DNA of 64,000 nt, from the IMG/VR virus record IMGVR_UViG_3300048503_000180, positions 15,123 to 79,122 of that record; one strand, 5' to 3'. Under the pieces are notes generated by a model. It ran no database searches. It was given only the letters and a program-made list of their open reading frames with translations, and was not told where the DNA came from. The stretch is from a virus. A program made the position numbers and the translations under genes. Positions 20,879-31,618 of the stretch are shown in pieces; position 1 is the first letter of the stretch; every line of letters begins with the position of its first letter.

Positions 20879-23653
20879 TCAGAGCACTTCGTCATTGAGC
20901 CCCAACTCCCGGAGGGCCGTCTTTGTTTCCTCCATCGCCTGCTTGGACACGCCGCCGTCCGGCGCGACATCCACCGCCACCGTCAGCCGCAGGCTCTTCG
21001 TCGTCGCGAATCGTGACAGGACCTTGGTATAAAAGTTCATCCATTTCTGTGCTGGCACCTCGCCAGACCAGCGTAGGGCTGCGATCTTGTCTCCGACTGG
21101 AGGGAGACGAGGGCTTTCGATTTCCTCATCCTTCGTCGTGCTGGTGACCGTGCCGCCGGTCTTGGGCGTCTCACCGTCGGGCGGATCAAACAGGCTCCCG
21201 GCACCCACCGGCTTGGGTGGCGCGGAAAGCGATTGCTTGTACGCCTCGGCGGTCTCGGCGGTGATCACATAGACGTCTTCCGAGATCTCCACTTCCTGCG
21301 GGCTCATGCTGACGCCGAACACAAACGGGTCGTAGCTGCCGCTGGCAGTCTTGCCGACGTAGGCCAAGACGCTGTTGCTCACGCCTCGGGCGATGGTATC
21401 CCGGATCAGATCGCCGTTCAGCAGCCGCGGGAAGAGGGGCGATGCAAAGACCGCGTCCTTGACCGCCTTGGTGCTCCATTCTTTATGGGCGCCCGACCAG
21501 TTCCGCACCAGGAACTTCGGGCTGATGCCTTCGGAGATGTCGCCGTCTTGCGTCAGCCGGTGGACAATGAAACCGACGAGCGAGGCGTCGGCGCTGGAAT
21601 GGACCAGGCCAAGGTCAATGCTGCGGATGGAATTGTCCTTCGCGAGTAGCATCACCGTCTTGTAGGTGCGCCAGACGGACTCCCGCAGGTCCCGCTTCGA
21701 TTTGGCTTGATTCTCGGCGAGTTGCTTTCGTTGCAGTTCTTCCAACTTGAGTTCGGCGGCCTCTTCCTGGATGTCCTCCCATGCCAGCAACTTCCGGGCT
21801 TCATCGCAGAGCTGCCGCCCAGAGTCCGGCACGCACCAAATAAGAGCGCTCTTGAAAGTCCGATCTGATGTCCCGCTCTGCTTGGTCATCGAGTCGACCA
21901 ATTGAAGGGTTTTGGCGTCGTCAACGTCGCTGTTCTCCGGAGGGAGGACCACTATAGTGAGAGCCGCCCGATTGGGAATCTGTGAACTCTTCGCCGGGAA
22001 GTAAATCCGGTCGATAGGGAGGCCCTGGGAGAAAACCGATTGCACCTCGACGCGCACACGATCCTCAATCCGGGGTTGCTGGATGCTGGCTCGCTTGTCG
22101 GCGAGCAGCTTGTTCAGGTTCGCGCTCAGTCCGAACCGGTACCGATTTCGATCCACCGACAGGAAGTAGCAGGCGTTCTCCAGCGCGTCTACCACCGTTT
22201 CGACGTTGCCGATGTCGAGCGAGGGTTCTGCCACGGCCAGCCGGATTTCCGGGATCGTGGCCTCGGCCCGCGCCTGGCCGCCGTTCGATTCGAAAAAGAT
22301 CGACGTTGCCACCTTCCGGTTCAGGCGAGCTTTCCGGATTGTGTCGACGGCTTCAGCATCAAGGCGAACAGCGTGGGAGTCCTTCTTCCCGCAAATGTCG
22401 GTCGTGACAGCACCCTCGAGTTTGTTCTCGCCCAACTGCTCAAAGAGCGCGGATCGGAACATCGGGTCGTCCAGCGGGGCCGTTCCCAGTCCAATGAGCG
22501 GGTCCTTATGAGCGCCTTGAAATCCCTCCTGGTAGGCGCGAGAGACCCACAAAGCCAACAATCGCAGTACCCCTCGGGTCCGCTGGAAGCGTGGCAAGGT
22601 CTGCCATTTTCGTTCAAAGACCGAGAGGACGCTGGGGTGCAGCGGATAGGTGGCTGCGAAAGCCTCGCGCGCGGTGTCGATCGGGAACCAGTTTGGGATC
22701 TGCTGCCGGTGCTCAATGATCCAGTCGGAATACTCTGCGATGGTTCGCTTGGCATCGTCGTTCAGCCCTTGCCATTCAAACAGGCGCCGCCGGATGATCT
22801 CGGCGGTTTCCGACTCCGCGGCCATCATGATCGGCTTGCCGACTCGATCAAGCATTTTCTTGAACCACTGCTCGTCCGCTTCGTCGTCGGAACTGTACGG
22901 CATTTCCGACGCCGGAATGGATACCAGGAGGACGACCTTGTCCGATCCGCGAGCTTGCTCTGAGAGGGACTGAATGAAGTTATACAGAGCGCGATGGTAG
23001 CCCTTGTGACGATAGGTGCTGGTGTAGTTGATGACCTCATCCATCAGGATGAGGGAAGGCTTGTCCTTCGGCAGGAAAGCCTGGATCACATCGCCTTTCG
23101 GTTCGACAAACTGGCGGTCGTGCTCCGCGACTACGGCGAATCCGGCTTCACCGCCCAACTGCCAGGCGATCTCGCCCCAAGGGGTCTTGCGCAACGGCGT
23201 ACCGTCGTCACCGCCCCGGCCTGTAATGGAATCGAACTCGGTGCCAACAAAGACAGCGACGGCGGCCTCCGGGACTGATGCGACTTTTGCCTCGTCGAGA
23301 ATCCGACGAACTCCGGCCCAGGCGTGAGACTTCGGGCCGTTCTTCGCGAGGTGGTAGAGGAGGGTTAGTGCGTGAGTCTTGCCGCCGCCGAACTGCGTCG
23401 CAAGATTGAAGACGGCGGATGTCTCGGTCTTCTCGCCGGACAGCCGCCGCACGACCTGGCTGGCGAGGTCCAGCAGCGTTCGAGTCAAATACGTGCGATC
23501 AAAAAACTCCTCAGGAACTCGGTATACCGCTGGCGCACGCCCGTCACGGACCTGGTCCAGATGGACGGCGAATTCAGAGGCATCGAGAGGCTTTGATTCG
23601 CGCAGGTCCTCGCGCGGTGTAACGACTTTGTACCACGGTTTCAAGTTCGCCAT
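20879..23653 (-). CDS. DUF499-family AAA+ ATPase
   Basis: N-terminal LKPWYKVVTPREDL..EFA; Walker A FGGGKTH; Walker B ILMDE; FQRTRGVLRL. Confidence 0.85.
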   Translation of the reverse strand: MANLKPWYKVVTPREDLRESKPLDASEFAVHLDQVRDGRAPAVYRVPEEFFDRTYLTRTLLDLASQVVRRLSGEKTETSAVFNLATQFGGGKTHALTLLYHLAKNGPKSHAWAGVRRILDEAKVASVPEAAVAVFVGTEFDSITGRGGDDGTPLRKTPWGEIAWQLGGEAGFAVVAEHDRQFVEPKGDVIQAFLPKDKPSLILMDEVINYTSTYRHKGYHRALYNFIQSLSEQARGSDKVVLLVSIPASEMPYSSDDEADEQWFKKMLDRVGKPIMMAAESETAEIIRRRLFEWQGLNDDAKRTIAEYSDWIIEHRQQIPNWFPIDTAREAFAATYPLHPSVLSVFERKWQTLPRFQRTRGVLRLLALWVSRAYQEGFQGAHKDPLIGLGTAPLDDPMFRSALFEQLGENKLEGAVTTDICGKKDSHAVRLDAEAVDTIRKARLNRKVATSIFFESNGGQARAEATIPEIRLAVAEPSLDIGNVETVVDALENACYFLSVDRNRYRFGLSANLNKLLADKRASIQQPRIEDRVRVEVQSVFSQGLPIDRIYFPAKSSQIPNRAALTIVVLPPENSDVDDAKTLQLVDSMTKQSGTSDRTFKSALIWCVPDSGRQLCDEARKLLAWEDIQEEAAELKLEELQRKQLAENQAKSKRDLRESVWRTYKTVMLLAKDNSIRSIDLGLVHSSADASLVGFIVHRLTQDGDISEGISPKFLVRNWSGAHKEWSTKAVKDAVFASPLFPRLLNGDLIRDTIARGVSNSVLAYVGKTASGSYDPFVFGVSMSPQEVEISEDVYVITAETAEAYKQSLSAPPKPVGAGSLFDPPDGETPKTGGTVTSTTKDEEIESPRLPPVGDKIAALRWSGEVPAQKWMNFYTKVLSRFATTKSLRLTVAVDVAPDGGVSKQAMEETKTALRELGLNDEVL

Positions 23654-23662
23654 AAGCGCTTC

Positions 23663-26600
23663 CTACAGTCCCAATCCCTTCTTCCGTGCGAGCACCCCTT
23701 CCGACCAGCGCCGTTCGTCCGTGCCACTCGGATACAGCGCGCATAGCGATTGGGCCAGGCTCCAAAACCTTTGGTCCTTTCCCACACCGTCATCCACCAG
23801 AAAACGTCGCAGACCCTCGCCGCGGCCCGCAGCAAATAGGATCATCGCCTGGTGCAGGCGATCCAACGTGGTGTTGCCGGGTTTCGCCGCGTTCTGCAGG
23901 GTCCACCCGCTGCCTTCCTGTTCCAGTTCTTCCAGCAGTCCTGGCAGCGAAAGCTGCGCGGACTTCTTCCGGTTCGCCGTGGGCGATTCGGTCCCGTCCT
24001 TGCCAAACAGCGCTTTCGTCCGTTCAGCAACCGGTAGCAATCGGGCCGTCTCCCCTTTGATCTCCACCAGATTCACTAGGAGATCCAAGTGCGCGCCCAA
24101 TCCCTGGGCGATCTTGCGGGCGGCGTCGTATTCGAGAGTGAATCCCGCAGTTTTTGCCGCTTGAGTGGGTTTCTCATCCGAGTCTTCGTCAGGTTCCTCA
24201 ATCTCCTCACTAGTCAGGGCCTCACCATTCGATGGTCCCGGGGACAGCGTCCACAGCCACATAGCCGTCAGCCGAGCGTCCTCTTCGAATCCCGCAGTGT
24301 CCGCGCCCTCGAAAATCATCGAGATCGCCTCTTTCGACACGGCAGCCCACACATATTCCAGATATTCCTTCAAAGTGACTTGGTCACCATTTGGCTTTTC
24401 GACCCGTGAGTACCGAGAAAAAATCTCAAGCGCCGGGCCGAGGCACGCGAATATGGCATCGGCACCCACCACACCTTCGGACTGCAGCCTGGGCATCCAG
24501 TCATGTATCCGCTTCGGAAGTTCGGCCAAAACATCGCGCCAGTCGCCGATGTCATCAGTTCGCATTGAATCGTCGAGTTTCTTGCGCGGGCGGCAGACGA
24601 GATGGACGGAGGACGCGAGGCGCGCTTGCCCCACAGCGGCAATGCGCGCTTCCATTTCCGTGTCAATTGGCCACGAGCCTGTTATTATCCAGCCAGCATC
24701 TACCACTGCTTTCAAAATGGCTTCCCAACTCGCCGTCGTCTTACTCGCGAAAACGATGGTGGCGACACCCTCGGGCCGAAGCACACGTCTGGCTTCACCA
24801 AATGCCTTAGTCAACTCACTCTCGTAAAATGCAATCCCTTTTGTCGAAGAGCTTAAGTGATGTGGTCTGTCCACTACGATTTCATCTGATTTCGGAGTAG
24901 CCTCACTAGTGAACAGTTCTGGATGGAGATTTCCAAGCGACCGCCTAAGCCATACGTAGAAGAAATCTGCTAGATGAGAATACGGAACTGCGTCGTAGTA
25001 AGGGGGGTCCGTGATGACCGCATCAGCAGAATCAGATGGCAAAGGATGCGCAGCAGCAGACGCGCTCGTCACGTGCCCTCCCATGCCCGTGCGGATTGCT
25101 TCTCGCTCCAAAACGTTGACAATCCACTCGCATGCGCCAGAAAAGCCACCCGTTGACAACGACAGCGGCGATACTTCGCAGAAATCCCACATCATCGGAA
25201 TCGCCTGTCTTCCAAAGGTGTTGCCGATGAATTCCCCGGTAGCGACCCAACGGCAAAGGGACGAATTGTAGTCGGCCTGCCGGTCCAGTGCGAATGCGAG
25301 GAGAGTCTGAACGGGAGCAGCTATCTCATCGACATCCTGTTTTTCCGAGAGTGTACTGATTCGGGCCGCAATGGTGGACAACGCGAGTTTCTGTCGTTCG
25401 CTGAACAGGTCGCCCCACGTTGACATGCCATAAATAGGGGGACTTATCCGACGTATTTCGTTAAGCGAGATAGGCTCTTCCGGGACGAAAGAAAAACGCC
25501 CTTTATGAGCGTGTTTGCGCCGTTCAAGCTCACTCTTCGCGTTGTGAACTGCCTCAAAGTCTCCAGGAGTCGGCAATCTGTATGCCCGACCTTGCTCACC
25601 AGGGTACGTCTGGACAACGCACATGAGTCTCGCGTCATTTGCACCACCGCGACGAATCTTGAATTGTTGCCGGACGCGCGTCACCGGAGTTGTGTAACCG
25701 CAGCACGGACAGGTTGCTGAGCCACGCTTCACGGTCCCGTCGAATTTTGGATTCTCGATTACCGCTTTGGAATCGCTCTGGTCCACCCATCCATCGGCCT
25801 GCCTGGAAATGATCTGGAAGTCCACACGCTTGGACTTGGAATTCGCCACGAGTTGGAGTGCGACGGCGCCTCTGTCTCTCTTGGCCAGCCAGAGCGAGCG
25901 AATGAGCGGCACTTCCGCTCCACAGCCGGGGCCTTCGCACTGGATTGTTCTCGCCCAGAGATAAGCGATGGGCGTCGCGCCGTTCGCATCCCTCGGATAG
26001 AACTCTGCCAGTTCCAGTTCCGCCTGGTGTTTGACCCACTGCCCCCATTTACGGACTTCATCGGCGAGCCGCTGTCCATACTTCGGGATATATTCGAGCA
26101 CGACTTTGTTCAACAGAACGGGAATCGGATTGAGGTCACTCGCAAAAGCGTCCGCGCCAATACGCAAGGCTTCGAGAGGAATCGCGCCGCCGCCCGCGAA
26201 AGGATCAGCTACCAACGGACGCGTACCAGTCGCGCCTCCAAGGGCCTCATGGGCCGATTGTGTTAGCGCCCGGCCAATTTCTAGATACTCTGGCACCGTT
26301 GAGTTGTCCCAGTTTGCAAAATCAGCAATGAAGTCCAATAGTGCAAATCGGAGTACGTTCCAATGGGCTGGCTTCTTCGAATCGAGACCACCCTGGGTTT
26401 TCGCAAGCGTCTGCCATTTCTTCCAGGTGTCATGCGAGCAACCTTGGGAGAGGGCCTTGTCCGAAACAGCCTTAGCCGCAAACTCGTTGATCAGCCTGCA
26501 AGCGTCCTCCCGGAACTTCGGCGGGCACAACGGGTCTGCCGGATCAGGCCACAACGCCGCACACAGGACCGCACGACAGGCTGCGAGCGGCCGCCGCGCC

Positions 26601-26716
26601 CACCAGATGTGCAGTGTCGAAATGTGCCCGTGCCGGATCGACTTCTCCCGCCGCGCGTGCGCAGAGATCCTCTTGATGGGCAGGTCAACTTCTATAAGCC
26701 GTTTCGGGTAGTTCAT
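23663..26716 (-). CDS. DUF1156-family N6-adenine DNA methyltransferase
   Basis: KRLIEVDLP..LHIWWARRPLAACRA; motif I DPFAGGG; motif IV TDPPYYD; CxxC pairs. Confidence 0.9.
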   Translation of the reverse strand: MNYPKRLIEVDLPIKRISAHARREKSIRHGHISTLHIWWARRPLAACRAVLCAALWPDPADPLCPPKFREDACRLINEFAAKAVSDKALSQGCSHDTWKKWQTLAKTQGGLDSKKPAHWNVLRFALLDFIADFANWDNSTVPEYLEIGRALTQSAHEALGGATGTRPLVADPFAGGGAIPLEALRIGADAFASDLNPIPVLLNKVVLEYIPKYGQRLADEVRKWGQWVKHQAELELAEFYPRDANGATPIAYLWARTIQCEGPGCGAEVPLIRSLWLAKRDRGAVALQLVANSKSKRVDFQIISRQADGWVDQSDSKAVIENPKFDGTVKRGSATCPCCGYTTPVTRVRQQFKIRRGGANDARLMCVVQTYPGEQGRAYRLPTPGDFEAVHNAKSELERRKHAHKGRFSFVPEEPISLNEIRRISPPIYGMSTWGDLFSERQKLALSTIAARISTLSEKQDVDEIAAPVQTLLAFALDRQADYNSSLCRWVATGEFIGNTFGRQAIPMMWDFCEVSPLSLSTGGFSGACEWIVNVLEREAIRTGMGGHVTSASAAAHPLPSDSADAVITDPPYYDAVPYSHLADFFYVWLRRSLGNLHPELFTSEATPKSDEIVVDRPHHLSSSTKGIAFYESELTKAFGEARRVLRPEGVATIVFASKTTASWEAILKAVVDAGWIITGSWPIDTEMEARIAAVGQARLASSVHLVCRPRKKLDDSMRTDDIGDWRDVLAELPKRIHDWMPRLQSEGVVGADAIFACLGPALEIFSRYSRVEKPNGDQVTLKEYLEYVWAAVSKEAISMIFEGADTAGFEEDARLTAMWLWTLSPGPSNGEALTSEEIEEPDEDSDEKPTQAAKTAGFTLEYDAARKIAQGLGAHLDLLVNLVEIKGETARLLPVAERTKALFGKDGTESPTANRKKSAQLSLPGLLEELEQEGSGWTLQNAAKPGNTTLDRLHQAMILFAAGRGEGLRRFLVDDGVGKDQRFWSLAQSLCALYPSGTDERRWSEGVLARKKGLGL

Positions 26717-26720
26717 CGGC

Positions 26721-27947
26721 TTAAGGCCTCGCCTTTGCCGCATCGTACTCGACATGTAGCCGGACTGCGGACTTAACGTGTTTGTGGGCAGTTTCGACAA
26801 ACTGCTTGTCGCTCAGCAGTTCATACGTGATGCCCTTGAAAATAACTGAGCAACTCATTTTCTGAAAGTGATCTGACGGAGCGCCAAAAGCACGCGCCAG
26901 TTCATCGGAAAGTAGGTCCCGGAGGTCGGCATCAGCAGGGGGCCCACTGAAGTACTTCCGCCAGTCCGAGGGTACATTTTGGCGAACCAACGGAAACAAC
27001 ATCTTGGCCACCGTATCCTGATTCTTCTTCATCTCGTCGGCCAGCAGCTTCTCGACCTTTTTCTGATACCTCCCGATGAAGTGCCTCAGTAGTCGCACAG
27101 ACCGTTCGAAGCGCGGCTTCTGGGTTCGGAGGATGACGTTTCCGTACTTTGGCAGCCCAATCAGATACCGGTCGATTAGGCGCTGCTTCAGCTTCATCAC
27201 CACGTCCGAGGAGAGTTCGGTGTCGTCGCCGATCAGCCTGAAATTGCTCTGGAGCAGGTTCTGGGTCTTCGGGTCCCTTGATAGCCCCATGAGAAAAGAC
27301 GGAAGGGGGACCTTTTTTCGCGAGAGGGCAAGGCCCTTCAGCTCAAATTCGACGAACTCGAATTGGGCGTTGAAGACATGCACCTTCTGGGAAAGGTCGA
27401 AAGGCAGCGGAGGGTTCTCCTGGAGATCCTGCTTCAGCACCTGGACGTTGTCCGGTGTTGCCGGGGCAGAGGACACGTTGTGATGAACCTGTTGGCCTAT
27501 CGAGGCAGGCTCACCCTCTGGCAACGAAACCGAAACTGAGATTGTGGCCGGGACCTCGGGCGGAGACTCGACCAAGCGGGGGACTGGAGGAAATACTATC
27601 GTGTTGCTGTCGACGGTTAGCGCACACAACCGGATTCCACTCTGCCGTCTCAGGATGCCGGGTCTCTGCGCGGCGAGCGCCTGAAGGAGTTCGACCGCGG
27701 CGAGTTCTCCGAATCCCAATCGGCAGACTTCGGGGTCGAGGTCGACGGTCAGCGTGAGTACGATGTCCTGCCGCTGCTTCAGAGTGTCCTGAATGGCACT
27801 CGCAAGCCCAACGGTCATTCCGGGTCCCACAAATGTGATGGTGCCTCGTGCGCCTCGAATCATGCCTGTCAGGGACTGCTCGCTGGGGTAACCAAAGCTG
27901 ACAGAGAAGCCACCTCCTGTTGGCTTGTGAAGTTCTGGACCTAGCAC
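26721..27947 (-). CDS. Hypothetical protein of about 408 aa, N-terminus possibly a degenerate PLD-like fold
   Basis: GTG overlaps the SNF2 stop; stop lies 4 nt before the methylase ATG; no HKD motif (RLCALTVD at the equivalent place). Confidence 0.6.
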   Translation of the reverse strand: MLGPELHKPTGGGFSVSFGYPSEQSLTGMIRGARGTITFVGPGMTVGLASAIQDTLKQRQDIVLTLTVDLDPEVCRLGFGELAAVELLQALAAQRPGILRRQSGIRLCALTVDSNTIVFPPVPRLVESPPEVPATISVSVSLPEGEPASIGQQVHHNVSSAPATPDNVQVLKQDLQENPPLPFDLSQKVHVFNAQFEFVEFELKGLALSRKKVPLPSFLMGLSRDPKTQNLLQSNFRLIGDDTELSSDVVMKLKQRLIDRYLIGLPKYGNVILRTQKPRFERSVRLLRHFIGRYQKKVEKLLADEMKKNQDTVAKMLFPLVRQNVPSDWRKYFSGPPADADLRDLLSDELARAFGAPSDHFQKMSCSVIFKGITYELLSDKQFVETAHKHVKSAVRLHVEYDAAKARP

Positions 27948-30900
27948 TGGCTCGCCTCCAGAATCGCCTTCGCTGCGACATGGTAATGCTCGACGATTAC
28001 TAGCGGCTCCCAACCGAGCCGGGCAGGATCTTGCACGATCCGAACCTGCGGCGTAGATCCGCAGTTGAACACGACGTAGAGCCAGAAATCCTTTTTGAGC
28101 CGCTCTGCCGTCTTAAACTCATTGGTCGTGAGAGCGACCTCACCGATGCCTGCCCTTCCCTTAACTTCAATGAATCGGACCTCGATTGCAGTCTCCGGGT
28201 CCTCTGGGTGAGGCCGACGCGAAATCAAGTCGAATCCCCGGTTCTCCGCTTCTACGCTGGTGACTCGCCAGCCCCGAGACTCTTCGTGGGCGATCACTGC
28301 TTGGATGGCGATCCTCTCGATCTCGTCATCCCTCACCATCGCGGCAAACTTCGGCGCCGCCCGGTCTGGATGAGGCAACACCCACGCACGGCCATAGTGC
28401 TGGATATCCGCAATGGTGCAGAACCGTTCGCGCTCAATCTCGTTCCGGCGCTTTTCGAGGCGGTTGTTGAGTTCGTCGATCTTGTCTTCGACCTGCTTGA
28501 TGTTGGCAGCCAGCAGCGGATTTGCTTCGCGTGAGTGATCACCGCTCATGAGTTCAGCCATTCGAAGATTCTGGCGATGGATCAACTCGTTCAGGCTGAT
28601 CTCCATGTGGGTGGAAATCGTATCGATCTCTTTGAGTCGCGTCTGTTGAATCTCTTCGAGGAAAGGCTCAAGAGCCTTCTCAATCAAGGACTGCTCGACA
28701 ACGTCGCTGCCCGGCAACCCGTCATCAATGCCTGGTTCCGTATCAGCGGGTGCCGGGACCACATCGAGGAACAGTGTCGGTTGCCGAACAGCGAGAGCAC
28801 CGTCCATGGAGGTCTCAACCACAAACAGTCGCCGGTGGAGTATGTTCCCCAGGCCATCCCGGATCGCCGCCGAATACACGTCGAGGCGCGCCGGTTGTGT
28901 TCGGGCGACGTCATAGAATACCGAGCCGCGTTCCAAATCCGGCCCGACTGACTGGAGCAGGTCCTCCCGAACGACCTCGAAAAGAGGATGGCCGGGCGTC
29001 ACCCACTCCACTGTCGGGTCCTCCGACAGGTAACTCTTGTCAAAGACGATCTGCTTGTATTCTTTGCCCAGCTTGCCGAATCGCGGTTCCAGCAGGTCGC
29101 CAGTGGTCCAAAGGTTCTTCGGAACCCGGCCAACTCGGTAACAGTGCTTCCCTTTGGCGATCTCCTTGGGATGCACCCCAAGCATCGGCCCAGCCAGCAG
29201 GAAGAAGTCCTCCACCACCTCGGGCACTAGCCGGCGCTCCTTCGCCTCGGCTGACTTGCCGACGATGGCCGAAAGATTGAGCGAACGCTTGGCCAGTCCT
29301 TCGAGGGTGGAGTTCGTGATCTTGCGGAAGCGATCCAGGTCTACTTCAGCGACGATCCTGCTCTCGATGCTTTCAATACTACGGTTCTGGGCATACATCT
29401 CGCGAAGCATTCGCTCGATCTGATTCGATGCGAAGACTTCGCCGAGGACATTGAAGATCTTGCCAGTCTGCTGGGGGTCCAGATCGGACTCGATGTTCTG
29501 GAGGCGTTCGAAGAGCTTATGCAGGACGCGTCCTTCGCGGGTGTTCGTCGCCACGAAGTTGAGGATCAAACAGTCCTTCTCCTGGAGGTAGCGGTGGATG
29601 CGGCCCATGCGCTGTTCCAGGCGCACGGGATTCCAGGGAATGTCGTAGTTGATCATGAACCAGCAGAACTGGAGGTTGATGCCTTCGCCCGCCGCCTCGG
29701 TTGCCGCCATGATTTGGCAGCTTTCACGGAACTCGCGCTCCGCATAGATGCGACTGCCAGGAGTGTCGCGGTCGCCGATCTTCATGCCGCCATGAATCTG
29801 GGTTACCGACAGGTGCCATTCGTCCCGCATCTTCTCGACGAGGTAATCGAGCGTGTCCTTATGCTCCGTGAAGATCAGCAGCTTCATCTTCGGATCTTCG
29901 AAGATGCCCTGCTGCGTGAGCACTTCACGCAGTTTCCGGAGCTTGGATTCGACCTCGCGCTTTTCGAGCAGAAGCGCCTGCGCGACAAGCTTATCCAGTT
30001 GGCCGATCTCCTCCTTCAGCGCGATTGGATCTACGGAGATGACCGCATCTTCGAGCGCGGCCATGATTTCCTGTTGCTCTTCTTCCGGGAGATCGTCGAA
30101 ATCGTCGGGAACGCGCGCGTCGATCTGCTGCTGACGATAGGCCGCGGGGTTGCCCAATATCCGCTGCCTCTTGTCCCGCATTCGCTCCAGGCTTCGCCGG
30201 GCGGCCCGGATACTGGAGGCGAATCGCCGTTGCAGCATTGCCATTGTGAACCCAACGGCGCGGCCGCGTGCGGAATTGTCGGCTGCCGCCTTGATGGATT
30301 GGTCCTCGACGTAACGAGTGAGCGCATCGTAGAGTTCCCACTCTTCGTCGTCGATGGCGAAGCCGATGGTCTCTACCTTCCTCTTTGTGAAAAGAGTCCG
30401 GACCTCGCCGGTATCCGGGTCCGGAAAATGGACAAGGGCTTCCTTTACGCGCCGCAGGTAAAACGGAGCCTCGTGCTTGCGAATGGCCTCGTCGATGCTG
30501 GCGACGTCCCCGTAGACATCCCGGTCCAGCAGTTGCAGAAACAGGCGGAAGTTCTCCGGATCGCCCTTGTGTGGCGTTGCGGTCATGAGCAGGTAGTGAT
30601 CCGTCATCTCCGACAGTTTTTCGCCGAGTTCGTAAGCGAGCGTCTTTTTGTCGGAACTGTAGGCGCTCATCTTATGCGCCTCATCGACGATGATCAGGTC
30701 CCAATGGCTGCGGAGAAGGCTCTCCTTGGCATCTTCGATTCGCGAAACCCAGGAGATCGACGTCACCACCTGGTTCTTCTCCTGCCAGGGATTGGAGCCG
30801 TAATTGGCGCGCAGGACGTCGCTGCGAACAACCTCGAACTTCTCCTGGAACTTGTCCTTGAGCTCGCGTTGCCACTGGAAACTGAGGTTGGCCGGCGTCA

Positions 30901-31363
30901 CGATGAGAATTCTCTTGACCAGCCCACGAACCTTCAGTTCTTTGATGAGCAGGCCCGCCATGATCGTCTTGCCGGCGCCTGGATCGTCGGCGAGGAGGAA
31001 GCGGATTCGGGGGAGGCGCAAGAAGTAGTCGTAAACTGCCTCGAGCTGGTGCGGCAGTGGATCAACTCTGGCTATCGACAGGGAAAAGTACGGATCGTAT
31101 TCGTAGGCGATCCCCAGCCGCAGGGCTTCAATGCCCAGCTTAAACTTCGTCGCATCGCCGTCGAATGGCTGCTGTTCCGGCGATCCCTCCAGGTTGGCGA
31201 GTTGGGCCGGCGAGAGGATGGGCTGGTGCACCAGGCCAGTGTTCATGCCCTGGCCGACGAGTTTGATCGAGCCACCCATCGGGACCACCCGGATGACCTT
31301 CACGGGCTCCGGGAACATGGGCCCGCGCACGATGATGTTGGGTTTCAGGTCTTGTGGATTCAT
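27941..31363 (-). CDS. SNF2/RapA-like helicase with C-terminal DUF3883 (PD-(D/E)XK) nuclease
   Basis: LLADDPGAGKT, DEAH, ATEAAGEGINLQ, EQRMGRIHR; ENRGFDL..RFIEVKGR. Confidence 0.9.
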   Translation of the reverse strand: MNPQDLKPNIIVRGPMFPEPVKVIRVVPMGGSIKLVGQGMNTGLVHQPILSPAQLANLEGSPEQQPFDGDATKFKLGIEALRLGIAYEYDPYFSLSIARVDPLPHQLEAVYDYFLRLPRIRFLLADDPGAGKTIMAGLLIKELKVRGLVKRILIVTPANLSFQWQRELKDKFQEKFEVVRSDVLRANYGSNPWQEKNQVVTSISWVSRIEDAKESLLRSHWDLIIVDEAHKMSAYSSDKKTLAYELGEKLSEMTDHYLLMTATPHKGDPENFRLFLQLLDRDVYGDVASIDEAIRKHEAPFYLRRVKEALVHFPDPDTGEVRTLFTKRKVETIGFAIDDEEWELYDALTRYVEDQSIKAAADNSARGRAVGFTMAMLQRRFASSIRAARRSLERMRDKRQRILGNPAAYRQQQIDARVPDDFDDLPEEEQQEIMAALEDAVISVDPIALKEEIGQLDKLVAQALLLEKREVESKLRKLREVLTQQGIFEDPKMKLLIFTEHKDTLDYLVEKMRDEWHLSVTQIHGGMKIGDRDTPGSRIYAEREFRESCQIMAATEAAGEGINLQFCWFMINYDIPWNPVRLEQRMGRIHRYLQEKDCLILNFVATNTREGRVLHKLFERLQNIESDLDPQQTGKIFNVLGEVFASNQIERMLREMYAQNRSIESIESRIVAEVDLDRFRKITNSTLEGLAKRSLNLSAIVGKSAEAKERRLVPEVVEDFFLLAGPMLGVHPKEIAKGKHCYRVGRVPKNLWTTGDLLEPRFGKLGKEYKQIVFDKSYLSEDPTVEWVTPGHPLFEVVREDLLQSVGPDLERGSVFYDVARTQPARLDVYSAAIRDGLGNILHRRLFVVETSMDGALAVRQPTLFLDVVPAPADTEPGIDDGLPGSDVVEQSLIEKALEPFLEEIQQTRLKEIDTISTHMEISLNELIHRQNLRMAELMSGDHSREANPLLAANIKQVEDKIDELNNRLEKRRNEIERERFCTIADIQHYGRAWVLPHPDRAAPKFAAMVRDDEIERIAIQAVIAHEESRGWRVTSVEAENRGFDLISRRPHPEDPETAIEVRFIEVKGRAGIGEVALTTNEFKTAERLKKDFWLYVVFNCGSTPQVRIVQDPARLGWEPLVIVEHYHVAAKAILEASQC

Positions 31364-31372
31364 CGTGGGATT

Positions 31373-31618
31373 CTACCTGCTCCTTCGCCGTTGGGCTTTC
31401 TTGCCGCCGGAAACGGTGTCGGCAGGTCCACCGCCTCTCACCCACGCGTCCACCTCCGGCAGTTTGCACTTCCACAGACGACCGACGCGGTGGGCCGGCA
31501 GCCCCTTGTTCTCGATCCAGCGGTATACGGTGTCGGCGGCGACGCCCAGGTGCGCGGCGACGTCGTTCACGGAGTACCAACGCAGCTCTCCGGACGGAAT
31601 GCTGTCTGAAATGGACAT
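31373..31618 (-). CDS. Excisionase-like (HTH_17/MerR) DNA-binding protein heading the minus-strand operon
   Basis: WYSVNDVAAHLGVAADTVYRWI..LPAHRVGRLWK. Confidence 0.85.
   Translation of the reverse strand: MSISDSIPSGELRWYSVNDVAAHLGVAADTVYRWIENKGLPAHRVGRLWKCKLPEVDAWVRGGGPADTVSGGKKAQRRRSR

Noticed and set aside
20737-20970. Small ORF between DUF499 and the helicase
   Set aside because: Largely overlaps DUF499 and has no motifs; cannot be supported.
29519-31609. 696-aa plus-strand ORF
   Set aside because: Antisense shadow of the SNF2 helicase in high-GC DNA; no motifs. The same applies to 13783-15801, 2080-3537 and 5770-7086.
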